From: Octopus sinensis
Taxonomy: Eukaryota
Direction: 5' to 3'
Assembly: GCF_006345805.1 (NCBI RefSeq)
Contig: NW_021833909.1
Span: 7,102 to 71,101 of the forward strand
Length of the DNA stretch: 64,000 nt
The notes under the pieces are model-generated. The model was given only the letters and a program-made list of their open reading frames with translations, was not told the DNA's origin and ran no database searches. Numbering within the stretch: the stretch's first letter is position 1; each line of letters opens with the position of its first letter. The position numbers were made by a program, and so were the translations under genes. This document shows, one piece after another, positions 42,574-57,140 of the stretch.

Positions 42574-43711
42574 TGACCTTTGTTTTAAAACTGTTCCTTA
42601 TATATCATTCACTAAAAACCAGTTTATCGGGAGCCGATCCACGGATTTACAATATAGAATGGCGATGGACCATAACTTGGAACGCTACCAAAAGTTTACT
42701 AAGTGACATTCACTAATCTAGTTTTGTTAGCTTGGTGTGCCAACGGAGAGCTTTAGAATTATTACCAACCCACCAAGTATACGAAGGAAACATTTTGCGG
42801 TCAATTGTAAATAAATTATTTATAGCATGTGCTCGGGGACAAGGATGAGCAAACTGCTACACATGCGTTTCCATTCTTGTTGCAATCGTCAGTTGCAAGT
42901 GTGCATCCATCACATTCCATATCTAGCCGCCAACGCAGTTCCTATAGACCTGCCAATGGTAGAGTTTAAAGCAGTGGTTCCTAAACTTTATTTGGGCTGC
43001 TCCAAAACATGCCCCAAAATTCACATAGACAAGTCGGAGGCGAGACATCCGGCTTAGCCGAGGAAAGGGTTTTATAAAGGATGATGCCTGAACAAAGAAC
43101 ATGGCTCGCTCAGTCCCAACGGGTTTACTAAGTTCTCGCATACCAACACGAACCCCCTTGTATTTCCCTTAGTCCCTTAATCGGCCCGATCTTTAATAAG
43201 GTATTCTAATTCAAGATAAACCGCAGTGGGACTGAAACCGGAACGATGTGATTGGAAAATATAATTATCACCACTCACGCTGGCCAGCTCCTTTGAGCAT
43301 ATCTACATATTTCAAAGCCTCCAGTATACTTTACGACATTTTTTTTCTTAAATGCTTATAAAAAAATACGGTCGAGGGGAAAGAGTAGCAGGTAACAGTT
43401 TTATATACGTTTCCATTCTAGTAAGTTACTGTCTTTAGCTAGTGTGTAACATTCTTAACTGTTCACAAACTGAATATGAACCCACAAATGTTAAGGGTGA
43501 AGTAAACTAGATAAGGCAATTTGTATATTTAACAATTCCTTGGCAGCTATATCGAACATTAAATTACTGGTGTGTTAACTGCGTCTCATTTCATTCGCAT
43601 AATATATTCTATATAGAGATGCTTCTCTGTCGATTAGTCTCTTTCTAATAACACGCGTGGATATGTGTGTGCGCGCGCATTTTCATGGCTAGTATCCATA
43701 TACGTTGTATA

Positions 43712-43812
<101 letters not shown>

Positions 43813-43882
43813 TATATACACATATACATATATATATATATATAATATATATATATATAATATATACACATATATATATATA

Positions 43883-43915
<33 letters not shown>

Positions 43916-45609
43916 CATATATTTGTAAATATACGCTTACGTATGTTTATATTTATAATATATGGTTATACACAGGTACAAAAATATGTGTTTGTGTGTT
44001 TGTGTCTCTGTGTGTGTTTTTACGTAAGTAAATATAACTGAATATATAAATGTAGATATTATATATGTATGTCTAAAGGTACATATATGTGTGTGTGTAT
44101 ACAAGTATAAGTATGTATATATGTAAATGCGTAGGAGTAATACACACACACACACACACTCACACACAGATATATATATATATGATATAATATAATATAA
44201 TATATTGAATTTATAGATTATTTACTAGAGGAAGTTCTGCGTATGACTTTCCTCTAATTCCATTATCACACTCATTTCCTTTTCGACCATTCTCTCTCTT
44301 TTGACGATTCGCATTTACATTCTTGTTCTTTCTTATACATTCCGCACACATGTATCCACACAAACACACACACACACACACACACACACCACGCCCGCAC
44401 GCACGCACACTCCCATATACGCACAAACACAGTCATACAAACACATTATTTGGTATTATTGACGGAGTAGTTGAAAACAGCAAAATATTTACTAATGGTT
44501 GAATACTGTGTATTTAGAAGATCGAATTTTGCTTTTTTTCATTGACGATATTGATTTTTACATTTGAAGGGTTATTTAGCCAGTGGTTTAATCGTTCAAA
44601 AGCGAAATTCGAAGTCGCAGTTAGTTCAAAATCATCAATATATTTATGAGTATTTACAATATGCACATACATTTATGAGTATTTACAATATGCACATACA
44701 CAGACACATACATGCATACAGGAATATATATATTCTTGTATTCCTTTATTCTTATACTTGTTTTAGTCATTTTGACTACGGCCATACATATACATATATG
44801 CTTCTACATCTGTGCGTGAGTATGTGTGTATTATTCTCTGCTATGAATAATACTGCCTGTAATTTCGAAGTTTTTGCTACTTAAGCCCACCGTTGGACTG
44901 TGATGCATAAAGTCAATCTTGGATATTTATAGCCTCTGTTCCGATAAAATTTTTTAGGGATTTGTGACATTCAGTTGAATATTAATTAGGTCATAGGTTA
45001 AGATATAATGGAAGGCTGTTATGGCGAAATGTTTATATATCTTAAATTTAGCGTCAATTTTATTTGTTCATAATTAATTCATGTGTGTAGAACTTGGAAA
45101 ACAGGTGAGTATATTTAGGTGCGTCAGTATCAGGTCATGAAGGCGCTTATCATTTTTTTCACAAAAAGGAACCGGTGTGTAGAGGATGGTTCTATATCAG
45201 CGGATGTGTCATACATTTTAAGTGTTTATCGGTTTTATTCTATTTGATGTTTTGCTTTGTCAGTATGATTTTCGAAGTTTGACATTTATCCAGCAGTTAA
45301 CAAGTTGATAAAAGCCGACACCCCTAGTAATTGCTTAGGTGATGTGACAGTTCTCATGATCTGTTGCTGGACCAAAGAATTGTTCATAGGGAGGAACGGC
45401 GTTAGAGAGGAGACCGTGTTAAAGTCACACGACGTACCGAATGTTGTTATTAAACAAGATGAGGTAGGAAGTATACTACCGAGACTTGGCATTATGAGAT
45501 TTGAAATCAGAACGCAAAAACCGTAACAATACTACAAGTCTCTAAATCCGACGTGTTTATTATTCTACAAATCTAACGCCTCAGGATTTTCTTTTACTGT
45601 TTTCTCTTG

Positions 45610-45820
45610 TATCTTTTATCATTTGATTTACTCATTGGACTGAGGTCTTTTGACGATATCGCTTTCAAAGTTTTTAATCGAGCAAATCGACACCAGTACT
45701 TATATTCCACACTTGTACTTATCCTATCGGTATCTGTTTCTGAAACGCTTAATTACAGGGGACCAAACGGGATCAACACCGGTTGTATATTGATGGTAGG
45801 AGACAAACAGAGACACAGAG
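45610..45820 (-). mobile_element. Diverged SINE family B 3' half
   Basis: ATCGAGCAAATCGACACCAGTACTTAT...CTATCGGTATCTGTTTCTGAAACGCTTA...ACACCGGTTGT resembles the reverse of 63400-63510. Confidence 0.6.
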
Positions 45821-47506
45821 TATAGATGTATATATGTATCTATTAATGTACTGGGTTGTACTGGGTTACATTTTACCAGTAGTACTCGAAAGTGATCTGA
45901 GATACATATATACATACATACACTCATTCATGCGCAGGTGCATTAGCTTATGTGCCAAAAGTTGGCTACAAAACCTAAAAGTACACGGTCTCACGGACTA
46001 AAAAGAACTGATGCGGATCCAATCTACAAGTGGCAAAAGTTGTAAGACATTCCAACAATTCTCCATATGAGATTCTTATGTGAAGGGAGGCACGCAATTT
46101 GGTGTATGCATCGATAGTTCAACGAACACCAACATAAACGTATATTTACAAAAAAACGTTAATTCTCTTAAGTCAAAATGGATGGTCGCTTTGCTAGCGA
46201 TCGGCTTGGATTTTCTTATGAACTTAAATAAACCTCAAAGAAAATTCATATATGCACCTATTTGCTTGCATGTATTTGCACGTACGTTTGTGTATTAATC
46301 TCTTTGTGAACTTTTGAAAGCAAGTATAGGTTTCCTTCTGCATATCGTCGTAAAAATTTCAGAACACGTAACACAGCAAAGTGGCATGTTGACTAATTAT
46401 AGTGAACATAATTACACAGTCCTCTGCGACAAATGCGCCCTCTGCTGCTCCTTTTGTAAACAATCATATATGTTGATTTACCATTTGTCTTGCAAACCTT
46501 CTTGAAAATCGAATTGTTTGATCGGATGAAAAAAGGGGAAATGTTCAATTTTATTATATAAATTTTCTTTTCTTTTATCATATTATATTTTAATTTCTAT
46601 TTCTTTAAAGTCGATTGTAATTCAATTAACGACATTTAATTAATACATTTAAGAAAAGGAACCAAACGAAAACTAAAATTTAAATTTAAAACACAAATAA
46701 AAAGTAAAATATTACAACACACACAGCAAGACAAGAATGCCATATATGGACATATTAATTATTTTTTATATCTTAATTTAAGAAATTCTTTAATTTATTA
46801 ATTTACTTTTTTAATGTTTTGTTCATTTTTGCTTCATTTTAATTTTCAATTTTGTTTTAATTTTAGCATTATAATTAAATGGAGTATTTTCTTTCGTTGG
46901 ATATGGATTGTGTTTGTAAGAAGAAGAATGATTCCGTAAATTAATATGTAACATCATAATTTTCCTTACGAATAAATTGTCTTTATCTGTGATAGAGAAT
47001 TAATTCTCGTTCGCTATTTTAATGGAAAGAATTGTTTGCGGAACATGTAATTGACTACATAAGCTATTAGTTTGGCAAATATTCCACGAACAATGAAACC
47101 TAACTCGAATTCTTTTTAAAAAAATCTCACATTCTAACAAGCAACAAAGACAGACAAAGGCAAAATAACAAAACACAACAAAACAAGAAACGGATATTAA
47201 TTTCTACAGTTGTTCTTGTTGTTGTTGCCGTCGCTGTTTAAAGAAAAGTGATTTTATTTAATCAGATTCCTGCAGTTCATGGAGAGATAATCAATAACCA
47301 TTCTACCTGAAATAAATTGTGAATGTTCGAAAGATTCTCGTTCCATTAGTTAGTATGGCTCTGCAACTATGAATGTATATATGCCTGTATGTATCTATAT
47401 ATATCTGTGAATATATGTATGAATATACTTGCGAATGGGATTTGTGCGTTTACATGTCTACCTACCTACCTATTATTACCTACCTACTTACCTAACTGTC
47501 AAACTG

Positions 47507-47555
<49 letters not shown>

Positions 47556-47702
47556 ATATCTATCTATCTATCTAACTAACCAACTAGTTATCTATCTAGG
47601 TCTCTCTCTGTCTGTATACATATATATATATAATATATATATATATATGTATATGTATGTATGTATATCTATATATCTATTATCTGTCTACGTGTATATT
47701 TG

Positions 47703-47736
<34 letters not shown>

Positions 47737-47929
47737 GTATGTATGTATATGTGTGTGTGTGTGTGTGAGAGTGTCCGTGTGTGTGTATGTGTATATGTAT
47801 GTATGCATGAAAAATATATATTTTAATTTAGCCTGGTAAATGAGCACAACTGTGAAGAATCCAGTTGTAGCCATTTTTGAAACGAGCATTTTTCTCTCCT
47901 GCAATATTTTCATTTCCAAACATCAGTTT

Positions 47930-47960
<31 letters not shown>

Positions 47961-48629
47961 CGTCTGTGTGCCTGTTGGTGTGAGTGTATGTAAGTATGTT
48001 GTATATATATATATGTTTGCACCCGTTCCGAAAACTAGCATTTCTATCAACTCTGGTGCGAATATAATTGCAATCTTATAATAAATCTTGGTGTCGATTT
48101 CTCCGAATTACGCATTTGAAGACGGCACCCGCATGACTGCACACAAGCACACACACACAGACACACATGTATTTACGTATGTATGTATGCATATATATCT
48201 TTATACATATATACACACATACATATATCTATGTGTGTGTACATATGAAGTTTTCCAAAATGCCTTCCTTAATATTCACATCTCTGTTTGCCAATTCCTA
48301 TTGACAATGATTCTCTATACCAAACGGATTAATTTCGGTGCCTTGGAGGGACACTCTATAAAACTAAACTTCTTTAGGAGGAGAGGCTGCTATGGATCAA
48401 CTTCGTGTATGCATTTTCCGGAAGAACCAGCGAACGAGTCTTTCATTGCAAGTATCTTAGATCAAGTAAAAGAAAAAAAATCTTTGTAGAAAGAGCTGTC
48501 TGTGTATGTACTTACCTGTATTGGTCTGAATGCTTGACCCCTTATCGCCGCCTGGTGAGACAATTGAAAGCATCCCATATCAAATCGTTCTAAAGTAACC
48601 TACGTCTCACATGAAAGGACGAGGTGCAT

Positions 48630-49075
48630 CTTAAAGAAACCCTTTTCAGGGTTGGCATCTACAGTAGAAAGGTTTTGCATTGCTCGCTGTCTTCTCTGCT
48701 GAGTTGGTCATGCGAATCGGATACCGGGTAACCGGCTCCCAGTGATGGCCCACTTAAACAAGATCCTTACTGGAAGTAGTCTTTCACAGACGTGGAAGGC
48801 TTCTGGAGTGGTTTCGCATTTTATGCGTTGCTCTCCCTACCAATCGATTGAGACCCCGTTTCTTAATCAGATGACAGGGATGTCCGTGTGTGGCGCTGGA
48901 GTAGGTAGCTTTTGAACGAATACAGAAGACTGCACGAAGAAAAGAAACATCTGTTGTTTCGCTTCTTTGCATTGCTCCCTGTGTCTCTGGATCTCTTACC
49001 ACGTACGAGAGGCGGAAGTAGATGAATGTCTTGGAACGGCAATATCATCACCTTTGATGGGCTGTCATAAGCGAG
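48630..49075 (-). mobile_element. Dispersed repeat, possibly the 5' region of an RTE-type LINE
   Basis: GC-richer non-coding block resembling an octopus interspersed repeat as I recall it. No second copy in the window, so the assignment is tentative. Confidence 0.3.
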
Positions 49076-49182
49076 TAATCAAGTATACACATACACGCAC
49101 ACACATGCATACAAATTTATTTCTTGAGCCATATGTGAATGCAAGTGTATATATATATATGAGTGTATATAAGTGTAAATAT

Positions 49183-49650
49183 ACAGGGGACAAACAAGGA
49201 CAGACAAAGGGATTAAGTCGATTATATCGACCCCAGTACGAAACTGGTACTTTTATTTATCGACCCCGAAAGGACGAAAGGCAAAGTGGACCTCGGCGGA
49301 ATTTGAACTCAGAACATACCGACACACGGAATACCTATTTCTTTACTACCCACAAAGGGCTAAACACAGAAAGGACGAACAAGGACAGACAAACGGATTA
49401 AGTCGATCATATCGACCCCAGTGTGTAACTGTACTTATTTAATCGACCCCTAAAGGATGAAAGGCAAAGTCGACCTCGGCGGAATTTGAACTCAGAACGT
49501 AGCGGCAGAGGAAATACCTATTTCTTTACTACCCACAAGGGGCTAAACACAGAGAGGACAAACAAGGACAGAGAAACGGATTAAGTCGATTATACGGAAT
49601 ACCGCTAAGCATTTCGCCCGGCGCGCTAACGTGTCTGCCAGCTCGCCGCC
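49183..49650 (-). mobile_element. SINE family A tandem multimer (three partial units, period ~183 bp)
   Basis: Unit junctions AATACC|TATTTCTTTACTACCC at ~49336 and ~49519. A single tRNA head ends at 49650. The head-bearing unit has an internal deletion. Confidence 0.9.
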
Positions 49651-50739
49651 TTATTACATAATATATAATGTTATATACTAAATAGCAAAACGGTACACGA
49701 AGGTGTGAAGAATATTTGTTAAAAGCCAGCAGTTTAGAGGAGAAGACTCACATCGATTTGTTGACTCAAATGTTTCACTGATACTTATAACGAAGACAAA
49801 TAGATGAAAATCGAAATCGATGTCTTTGAAATTTGAACGCAAAATAAAAAAGTTAGAAGAAATGATTTGAAGCCTTTTGTTTGATATGCTAGCATTTCCC
49901 GGAAGCCATGTAAAATTATTGTGGATAAATGGCGTAGATTTCATTCTTTGTGAATATTCCCCGAAAGTTAGCTTTGCGTAACGTTACTCCAGAGAGCAAA
50001 TGAAGTTGAAAAAATATTCAGGCCATCTTTCATTTAATTCCCGGTGATAAAGCTCCTGGCTGAACATTTTGCAAACTTAACCTTATGGCACACATAAGAG
50101 TTTTAACGTGAACACAATATATATTTTATATGTTTTCAATATTCCTGCTTCAAACTGAATAGTTATTTTCCTCTATTTAACAAATAGATACACACAGAGA
50201 AACACTCATATATACATTTTATATATACGTATATATAAATATAAGTATGTGTACGTGTATATATGTGTGATTGTATGTGTGTGTGTATGTGTGTTTGCAT
50301 GCGAGTATATTTTGTGAGCACTTTTTCGTTTAATATGTTTGCACTACTAAGAAAGAGAGGAAGGAAGGAATGAATGAATGAAGAAAAGAAGGAAAGACTT
50401 AAAGAAGGGAGACAGAAAGGACGGTGGGAAAGAAGGAAGTTGGGAAGGAAGTATTACAGTAGTAATTTATTTATTTCTAAGTGGAACTTCAGGGAAAGAA
50501 AATTCTTAGCTTTCCCACTCGTATCGTATTCGAAGTTGGCTCAGAATATTCTATGGAACATTATCAGAAGTTGATTGTATGAATCTAACCAAATAGCTTT
50601 TATTGAATTTAACCAAATACATTTTATTCTTTTCGCTATTTAGTTTACAATTATAATGCTCTGAATTTGACCTACAAACACATGATGCAAACTTTTTATG
50701 TAGAATTTAGGTACATACAAGCCAACTCATCGATATTTG

Positions 50740-50829
<90 letters not shown>

Positions 50830-50999
50830 GAGATATACACCAAAATATGCAGAAAATTGCGAAGAAATTATGTATTTGTTAACTCGACTGCTGTTTCTCG
50901 AAGCTCAGATTTACGTAATAACCATATTATGCATATATATACATTTAAACATGAGAATGCTGCACATGAAATACTTGGGAGGTTCACAGGGATAGATTA

Positions 51000-51225
51000 C
51001 TGAGACATTTCCTACTTAGGATCTTCATCAGTAGTAATCATTATTAGACTTTCCGACATGATTCCCAAACATGGCAAACTGAGATTTGGGATTTTATCCA
51101 AGCATTTCCTTCTTGGTCAACCTCTAATTTTCCTGTCGGTTGGCTTCGTTTGAAGGATCCAACTTGCGATACCTTCTTGCGACATTCTAATCATGTACCA
51201 TTAGTACCGTACAGGCGACCCATCA
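51000..51225 (-). mobile_element. RTE-clade LINE ORF C-terminal fragment
   Basis: IRMSQEGIASWILQTKPTDRKIRG*PRRKCLD resembles the RTE motif GHV.RM...R..R..L...P.G.R.RGRP...W.D. Confidence 0.7.
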
Positions 51226-52372
51226 ATGCATCAGAGGAGGGATTGCTCGGCGGATAGAGATGCAAGAATGGTTGGGAGAATGAGTCTAATAACCAAGTTG
51301 ACTTCATATGAACGCTCCAAGAATGCGACTGATGGCCTTGTGTACAGCAGTGTGTAATAGCATTGAATAATCTAGACCACACATAAACACACACGCGCAT
51401 ATTATATATTCATATAATTAGACATCGGAATGTAGAATGCTGTATTTAAGAAACAGGAAAAAAAATCCCACAAATCAAAACCTATTCTCCCATATGTATT
51501 CGTAGTAATGCTAAAGACCAGAATTTTCGCTCTGTTCCAAATTCCATAATATTGTATTATGAATAAATACTATATTATTCTCAGGGATCATCCGTATTCT
51601 CACTGCATCGTGAGGAAGATCCCACGTCATACCGATGAGAATTATATTTTTACAGAGTGAGAATAATTAGAAACGGTGTTGGCTGGCATCGTTACATCAA
51701 CCCTCATCGATATTTGAACGTTAACACTTTAAAGCGCCATAGCAATCCGTGTGACGTCAAACACTCTTGCATTACGCCTAATCGCAGCACTCTTCTAATC
51801 CAAAATTTCATAACCCAGGAAATAGGAAGCTTTTGAAGTGAAATAACTGCTATCATTTCTGCATAGAAAGAGGGTAGAAAAGAGAAGACGAAAAACAAAC
51901 ACAAATAGGATTAATAAATAAATACAAGTTATATATATATATATATAGGTGAGATGAAGAAAAATCGCAATGATACACTGCGCTGGAAAAAAGAAGTAGT
52001 AATATACGAAGAAATATAAACAGATAGAAACATCTATCTTTCGTGAAAGGCCCGAGATATTTAACTGAACTCTAGCAAATAAGTTTAACCTTAACTCATT
52101 CAAACTTAGCCATGCAAGATATCACCAAATTTCTATATTGTCATAGACGTGACTCATCGATTATTAATGGCGCTAAATGCATTTGATTGGAAAATTGGCA
52201 TCGCATAAAATATGCAATGGCCTTCGATGATGGATACATTGGTATTCAAATCGATACGACTCTGCTATTAGATGGATACGAAGACGGAATGCGGAATACA
52301 TATACATAAACATGCAACGTTGACGCACATATACATAAACACACGCAAATATGTATGCATATATGGATGTAT

Positions 52373-52416
<44 letters not shown>

Positions 52417-52554
52417 ACACGCATATATATATATATATTTTTTCCCTGTCTCCATCATTCAACATAGGTGTATGATACCAATACATGTAGCAAAGCGCAG
52501 GCACAAATATGCAGACAAGACTTAACCACCAACACAAAAACATTTGTGTGTGAA

Positions 52555-52951
52555 GGCGGCGAGGTGGCAGAAACGTTAGCACGCCGGGCGAAGCCGTTAC
52601 GTTCTGAGTACAAATTTCGCCGAGGTCGACTTTGCCTTTCATCCTTTAGGGGTCCATTAAATAAGTGCCAGTTACGCACTGGGTTCGATATAATCGACTT
52701 AATCCGTTTGTCTGTCCTTGTTTGTAATTTCTGTGTTTAACCCCTGGTGGGTAGTAAAGGAATAGCTATATTATCTTGTACCTACGTTCTGAGTTCAAAT
52801 TCCGCCGAGGCCGACTTTGCCTTTCATCCTTTCGGGGTCGATTAAATAAGTACCAGTTACGCACTGGGGTCGATATAATCGACTTAATCCGTTTGTCTGT
52901 CCTTGTTTGTCCCCTCTGTGTGTAGCCCCTTGTGGGCAGTAAAGAAATAAG
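52555..52951 (+). mobile_element. SINE family A dimer with 13-bp TSD
   Basis: Head plus unit 1 (52555-~52770), then a headless unit 2 (from ~52782). AAACATTTGTGTG at 52538-52550 and 52952-52964. Confidence 0.92.
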
Positions 52952-53322
52952 AAACATTTGTGTGGTGACGTAAATCTATGTATTAATATATACGTATATA
53001 TCTATATGTTTTTGCATACGCAAACCAGCCGAAAGGACACATTTACACACATATGGCCAGATAACCGAAATAATGGTGTTGTGGATTTCCACTTCGGCAT
53101 CTGAAACTCAGAGCTTTATCTTAACTATTGAGTAAATGTAACATATTACTTTACAGACAAATTTCTTCTATTTACATTATATTGATGTCTCTTTCTTTCT
53201 TTTGTTATCTTACCGTTTTTACCAATATATATATATACACACGCATATGTATATATATGTATATACATATACATACACAGACGCATACATACAGAGAGAT
53301 AGAAAGAGACACACACACATAC

Positions 53323-53469
53323 ACACGACAAGAGCGTCGGCTAAATATCTTTCACCTGCGCTGCCTCCGGGAAATCCTTGGCATCAAATGGCCAAATCAT
53401 GTCCCCAACGAAGATGTCCTCAAGCAAGCAGGAATATCAAGCATGTTTGCATTCCTCACACAAAGACGT
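53323..53469 (+). mobile_element. RTE (BovB-like) LINE ORF fragment
   Basis: TRQERRLNIFHLRCLREILGIKWPNHVPNEDVLKQAGISSMFAFLTQRR matches the RTE post-RT motif LN.FH.RCLR.IL.I.WQD.VPN..VL..A...S....L.QRRLRW. Confidence 0.9.
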
Positions 53470-53486
53470 ATGATATATATATAAAT

Positions 53487-53735
53487 TCGCAGATCAAAGG
53501 TTCGATTTCTGGACCGAGCGGTGTGTTGTGTTCTAGAGCAGAACACTCCATTTCAGAATGCTCCAGTCAAGTCAACACTAAATGGGTAATCCTGCGACGG
53601 ATTAATCTTCCGATCAGAGTGAGTGTTGATGCACTAACCTAGCCAGCGGAGGGGCATCATTCGAAAGCAAAATAAAAGAAAAACTGATCTCAAAGCGCAT
53701 AACAACACCCGATAATCCGGTAGATCACGGGATAT
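53487..53735 (+). mobile_element. Diverged tRNA-derived SINE (possible Meta-like central segment)
   Basis: B-box GGTTCGATTTC, then GTTGTGTTCTAGAGCAGAACACT and AATCCTGCGACGGATT. Confidence 0.5.
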
Positions 53736-53736
53736 G

Positions 53737-53768
<32 letters not shown>

Positions 53769-53908
53769 TGTATGTATGTATGTATGTATGTATGTATGTA
53801 TGTATGTATGTATGTATGTATGTATGTATATGTGTATGTATGTATGTATCTATCTATCAATTGACCTATTTATGTATCTATGTCTCTCTCCCTCAATCTG
53901 TCTGAATT

Positions 53909-53959
<51 letters not shown>

Positions 53960-54399
53960 CTATATATATATATATTATATATATATATATATGCATATGC
54001 ACATAAATACGCACTGACATGTACATATGTAGGAAAACAGAAACACACACACACGCACACAGACACTCACACAACACATATGATTGAAAATGTTGAAATG
54101 ATATGAAGAATAAAAAAAATATATATTCCTGTAGCTGTTTGTTTGGAAACTATAATTAGTTATCCCCGATATACGGAGAAAATATATAACGCAACGTACG
54201 ACGAATAGAAAATCGAAGAATTGAAAAAAATGGAAAAATTTTTTAAATGAGGGAAAAGAAACATGGTGTAAATAAGAGAAACCAAGATAAAATTCTAAGA
54301 AAATGACAAAATAGTAAGATAAAGGAAAGACGTTTAGACCTATCTTTTTATATACTGGAAATTGTAAAAAAAGAATCATATATATATATATATATATAT

Positions 54400-54620
54400 A
54401 TACAAAATGTGGCCTCGTGTGTACTGTTGACGATTTTTTCCTCTGTCTTCCCTTCTCTGGATCTTTCCTTCTCCTATGTTTCCGACGAAGAGCTCCGCTC
54501 AAAACGTTAGACCCTCCTTCTTTCCTTCTTTCCTGAGCGTCCAATAATACTATATTTGTTCCACGTCCTCGCGTTGTTGTGTATTTCTTTGTGCTTTCTG
54601 GTTTGGATTAACTATATATA
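54400..54620 (+). mobile_element. Penelope-like terminal repeat remnant (copy 3)
   Basis: CCGACGA-A-GAGC-TCC-GCTC-AAAAC-GTTAGAC at 54482-54512. Same architecture as 19055-19085 and 20885-20918. Confidence 0.5.
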
Positions 54621-56482
54621 TATATAGCCGGTAGAAGAGGAAATAAGAAGACCATTGGAGAAAATATATACATGTACAAGAATTAAACAACGTCCCGAAT
54701 ATGATTTGTTTTACGAAAGCTTTTATAGATGGTATATTCTATAAATTATATTTTATAAATGAGGGAAGAATACAGCGACGGTGAGGAAAGATTGGAGATA
54801 ATGTAAAACTAACATACAGAGATTATATATATATATTTAGAATGCTCGAATTTATTATAGAAAAGTTACAGAAAAGATAATCATGGTGTATTGAATATAA
54901 ATTTAGTAAAATAATCAAGAATTATGGGCAAAAATAGCTGCGTTTTTAACATGTAAATTACTAATACAAAATAATGGTTTCTTTGACCTTCTGTAACTTT
55001 AGTAGATGTAAAATGTTGCCCTTAAAATGCAATTGCTTCGCAGTATATATTTAGATTATTTTCCTTAAAGATCAGAACACCCAGTTCTGCGTGATATTTA
55101 CACACACTACTGAAATAGATGGTTCGTTTATCGGTCTATGATCGGCACAAACTTTTCTATGTGATGCCAAAATATATACGGTAAGTTTGTCTTTTTTTGT
55201 TTGTTTTCTGTCCGAACTGATAGTAGGGCAAATATCTCTGATCTTATTTTATTTTATCTAGTTTCAGCTCACGAGCTGTGGCCATGCTGGGGCACCGCCA
55301 TTTGGTGTTGCTACATGATTTTACTTCACGAATGCTTTTTAGCAATTGCCATTTGGTGCATGAGAGTGTTCGATGCATAAATGGAATATCAAAAATAATT
55401 AGTTTTAATTGTTTTAAGATATTTAATGTGTATCAGGAAATGTTTTCCTATTATCAGGAAGATTTCGACGACCAGACAAAGAATTTGTGAAGTTTGTTTT
55501 GAAGTCAAGTATTCAATGTGTCCTAGCGTTAAGTTAACATTTTTTTAATCAGTGCCTGCTCCACTGAGCCGGATACTGAGTCGTCGAGCCTAGCCCGGGG
55601 AACATAAAAAAGCATAGTTTCAGTTTGCCACCCTTGGGAATCCAACCAGAGAAAATAACCTATACACAGTTGCGTCTGTTAAGGAGGTGCTTGAAGATGC
55701 TAATCCCACGATCTGACCAGTGTTAGCAGGCAGATAATATGGAAGTATGAATAGATTGAATATCAGTGTTTATTGTTATTTTGAGTTGTACAATTTAGAA
55801 TGATAAGACTTTCCCCATAAACTCTTTAGGATATGATCTGCTGAGTGCATCGAAAAATAAAACGGTAACAGTAAACCTGGTATTCAAATGAAGTGTAAAC
55901 GATCCTCTCCGGAGTAGAATAGGCTCCGTCCACTTAGCTTCAACATCATCTGCTTTCTTACCCTCAAAAGCTTTTAGTCAACCCCCAGTTATATTGGAAG
56001 GAAATTTCTTATTACGAAGTGAAGTAGGATCGAACTTGAAGTCATATAGTTGATGGAAGTCTATTCTCAGTGTTGCTTTCACAGTTAAAGTTCTATTCTC
56101 TATCTTGCCTTCTCCCATGACACCTTTTCTTCTTTCTGTCTTTTCCCCTCTCAGTCTCTTTCCATTTTTTTTCTCTTCCACATACACTCACTGCAGTGTA
56201 TATAGATATTAAGGACGAAAAGAAATCCGAAATTCTAAATCAAACAACTTGTATACAGTTCATATGCTATCCATTTTATCTAGACACCGATATTTTATAA
56301 TTTCATCCAAAGAGACGAGAGCATTTCTCTACTGCAAAGTGCTTATATACAAATTCATATACTTAAAATACCATATGCTTAACTATATATTTTCTACTTA
56401 GGGTTAAAGATAAATAAAATGTGAAAGCCTTCAGCCATATTTCATACGCAATTTATCCTTTTACCGGTCGGATAAATCTATT

Positions 56483-56791
56483 ATGGTGATGGGATTCAAT
56501 TTTCTTTTATCAATAGTAACTCTTATTCAGTTTCTTATCGGAATATGTAAGGTATACAACACACACAATCTTTTAGCACTTAATAAATCACTAGACACAC
56601 AGCGAGAAACGTGTTTAGATCAATATATCTCAGAAGGATTAAGTAACGGTATAACCATGGATATGAATGTCGATGAGTTTCAAATTTACAAATCGTTGTT
56701 GAGTATATATAAAATGTTCTTTCAATACAAACGTCTGGAGAGGAACCTTATAGAGCAGAGAAATTGCGTTTCATGTATGACTGGTACTTAA
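56483..56791 (+). CDS. Hypothetical 102-aa ORF (possibly chance)
   Basis: ATG-started ORF free of microsatellite sequence, with a hydrophobic N-terminus. No recognisable homology. Confidence 0.1.
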   Translation: MVMGFNFLLSIVTLIQFLIGICKVYNTHNLLALNKSLDTQRETCLDQYISEGLSNGITMDMNVDEFQIYKSLLSIYKMFFQYKRLERNLIEQRNCVSCMTGT

Positions 56792-56969
56792 TTGTCCGCA
56801 GAAAATAGAGACAATAGATAAATTCACCTGAAATTTCTAACTTGCAATAAAGGAGAAATGCATAAATAAATAAATACGAAGCTCAACATTCTATCAGTAT
56901 CATCAATAACAGCAAAGGGTACGACAACAATTGATAAGTAAAAACAGTCAGAAACATATTCATATACAT

Positions 56970-57051
<82 letters not shown>

Positions 57052-57140
57052 ACACATACACACACAAATATATATATATATATATATCGAAATCAAATTC
57101 GATGACTGGCATCCGTGCTAGTTCAGCGCTAAGAGTACCC

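Noticed and set aside
42972-42990. hAT-like terminal CAGTGGTTCCTAAAC
   Set aside because: No partner inverted terminus or 8-bp TSD found.
49183-49650. Regularly spaced repeats that could look like a CRISPR array
   Set aside because: The units are ~183-bp SINE bodies with no unique spacers. There are no cas genes and the context is eukaryotic.
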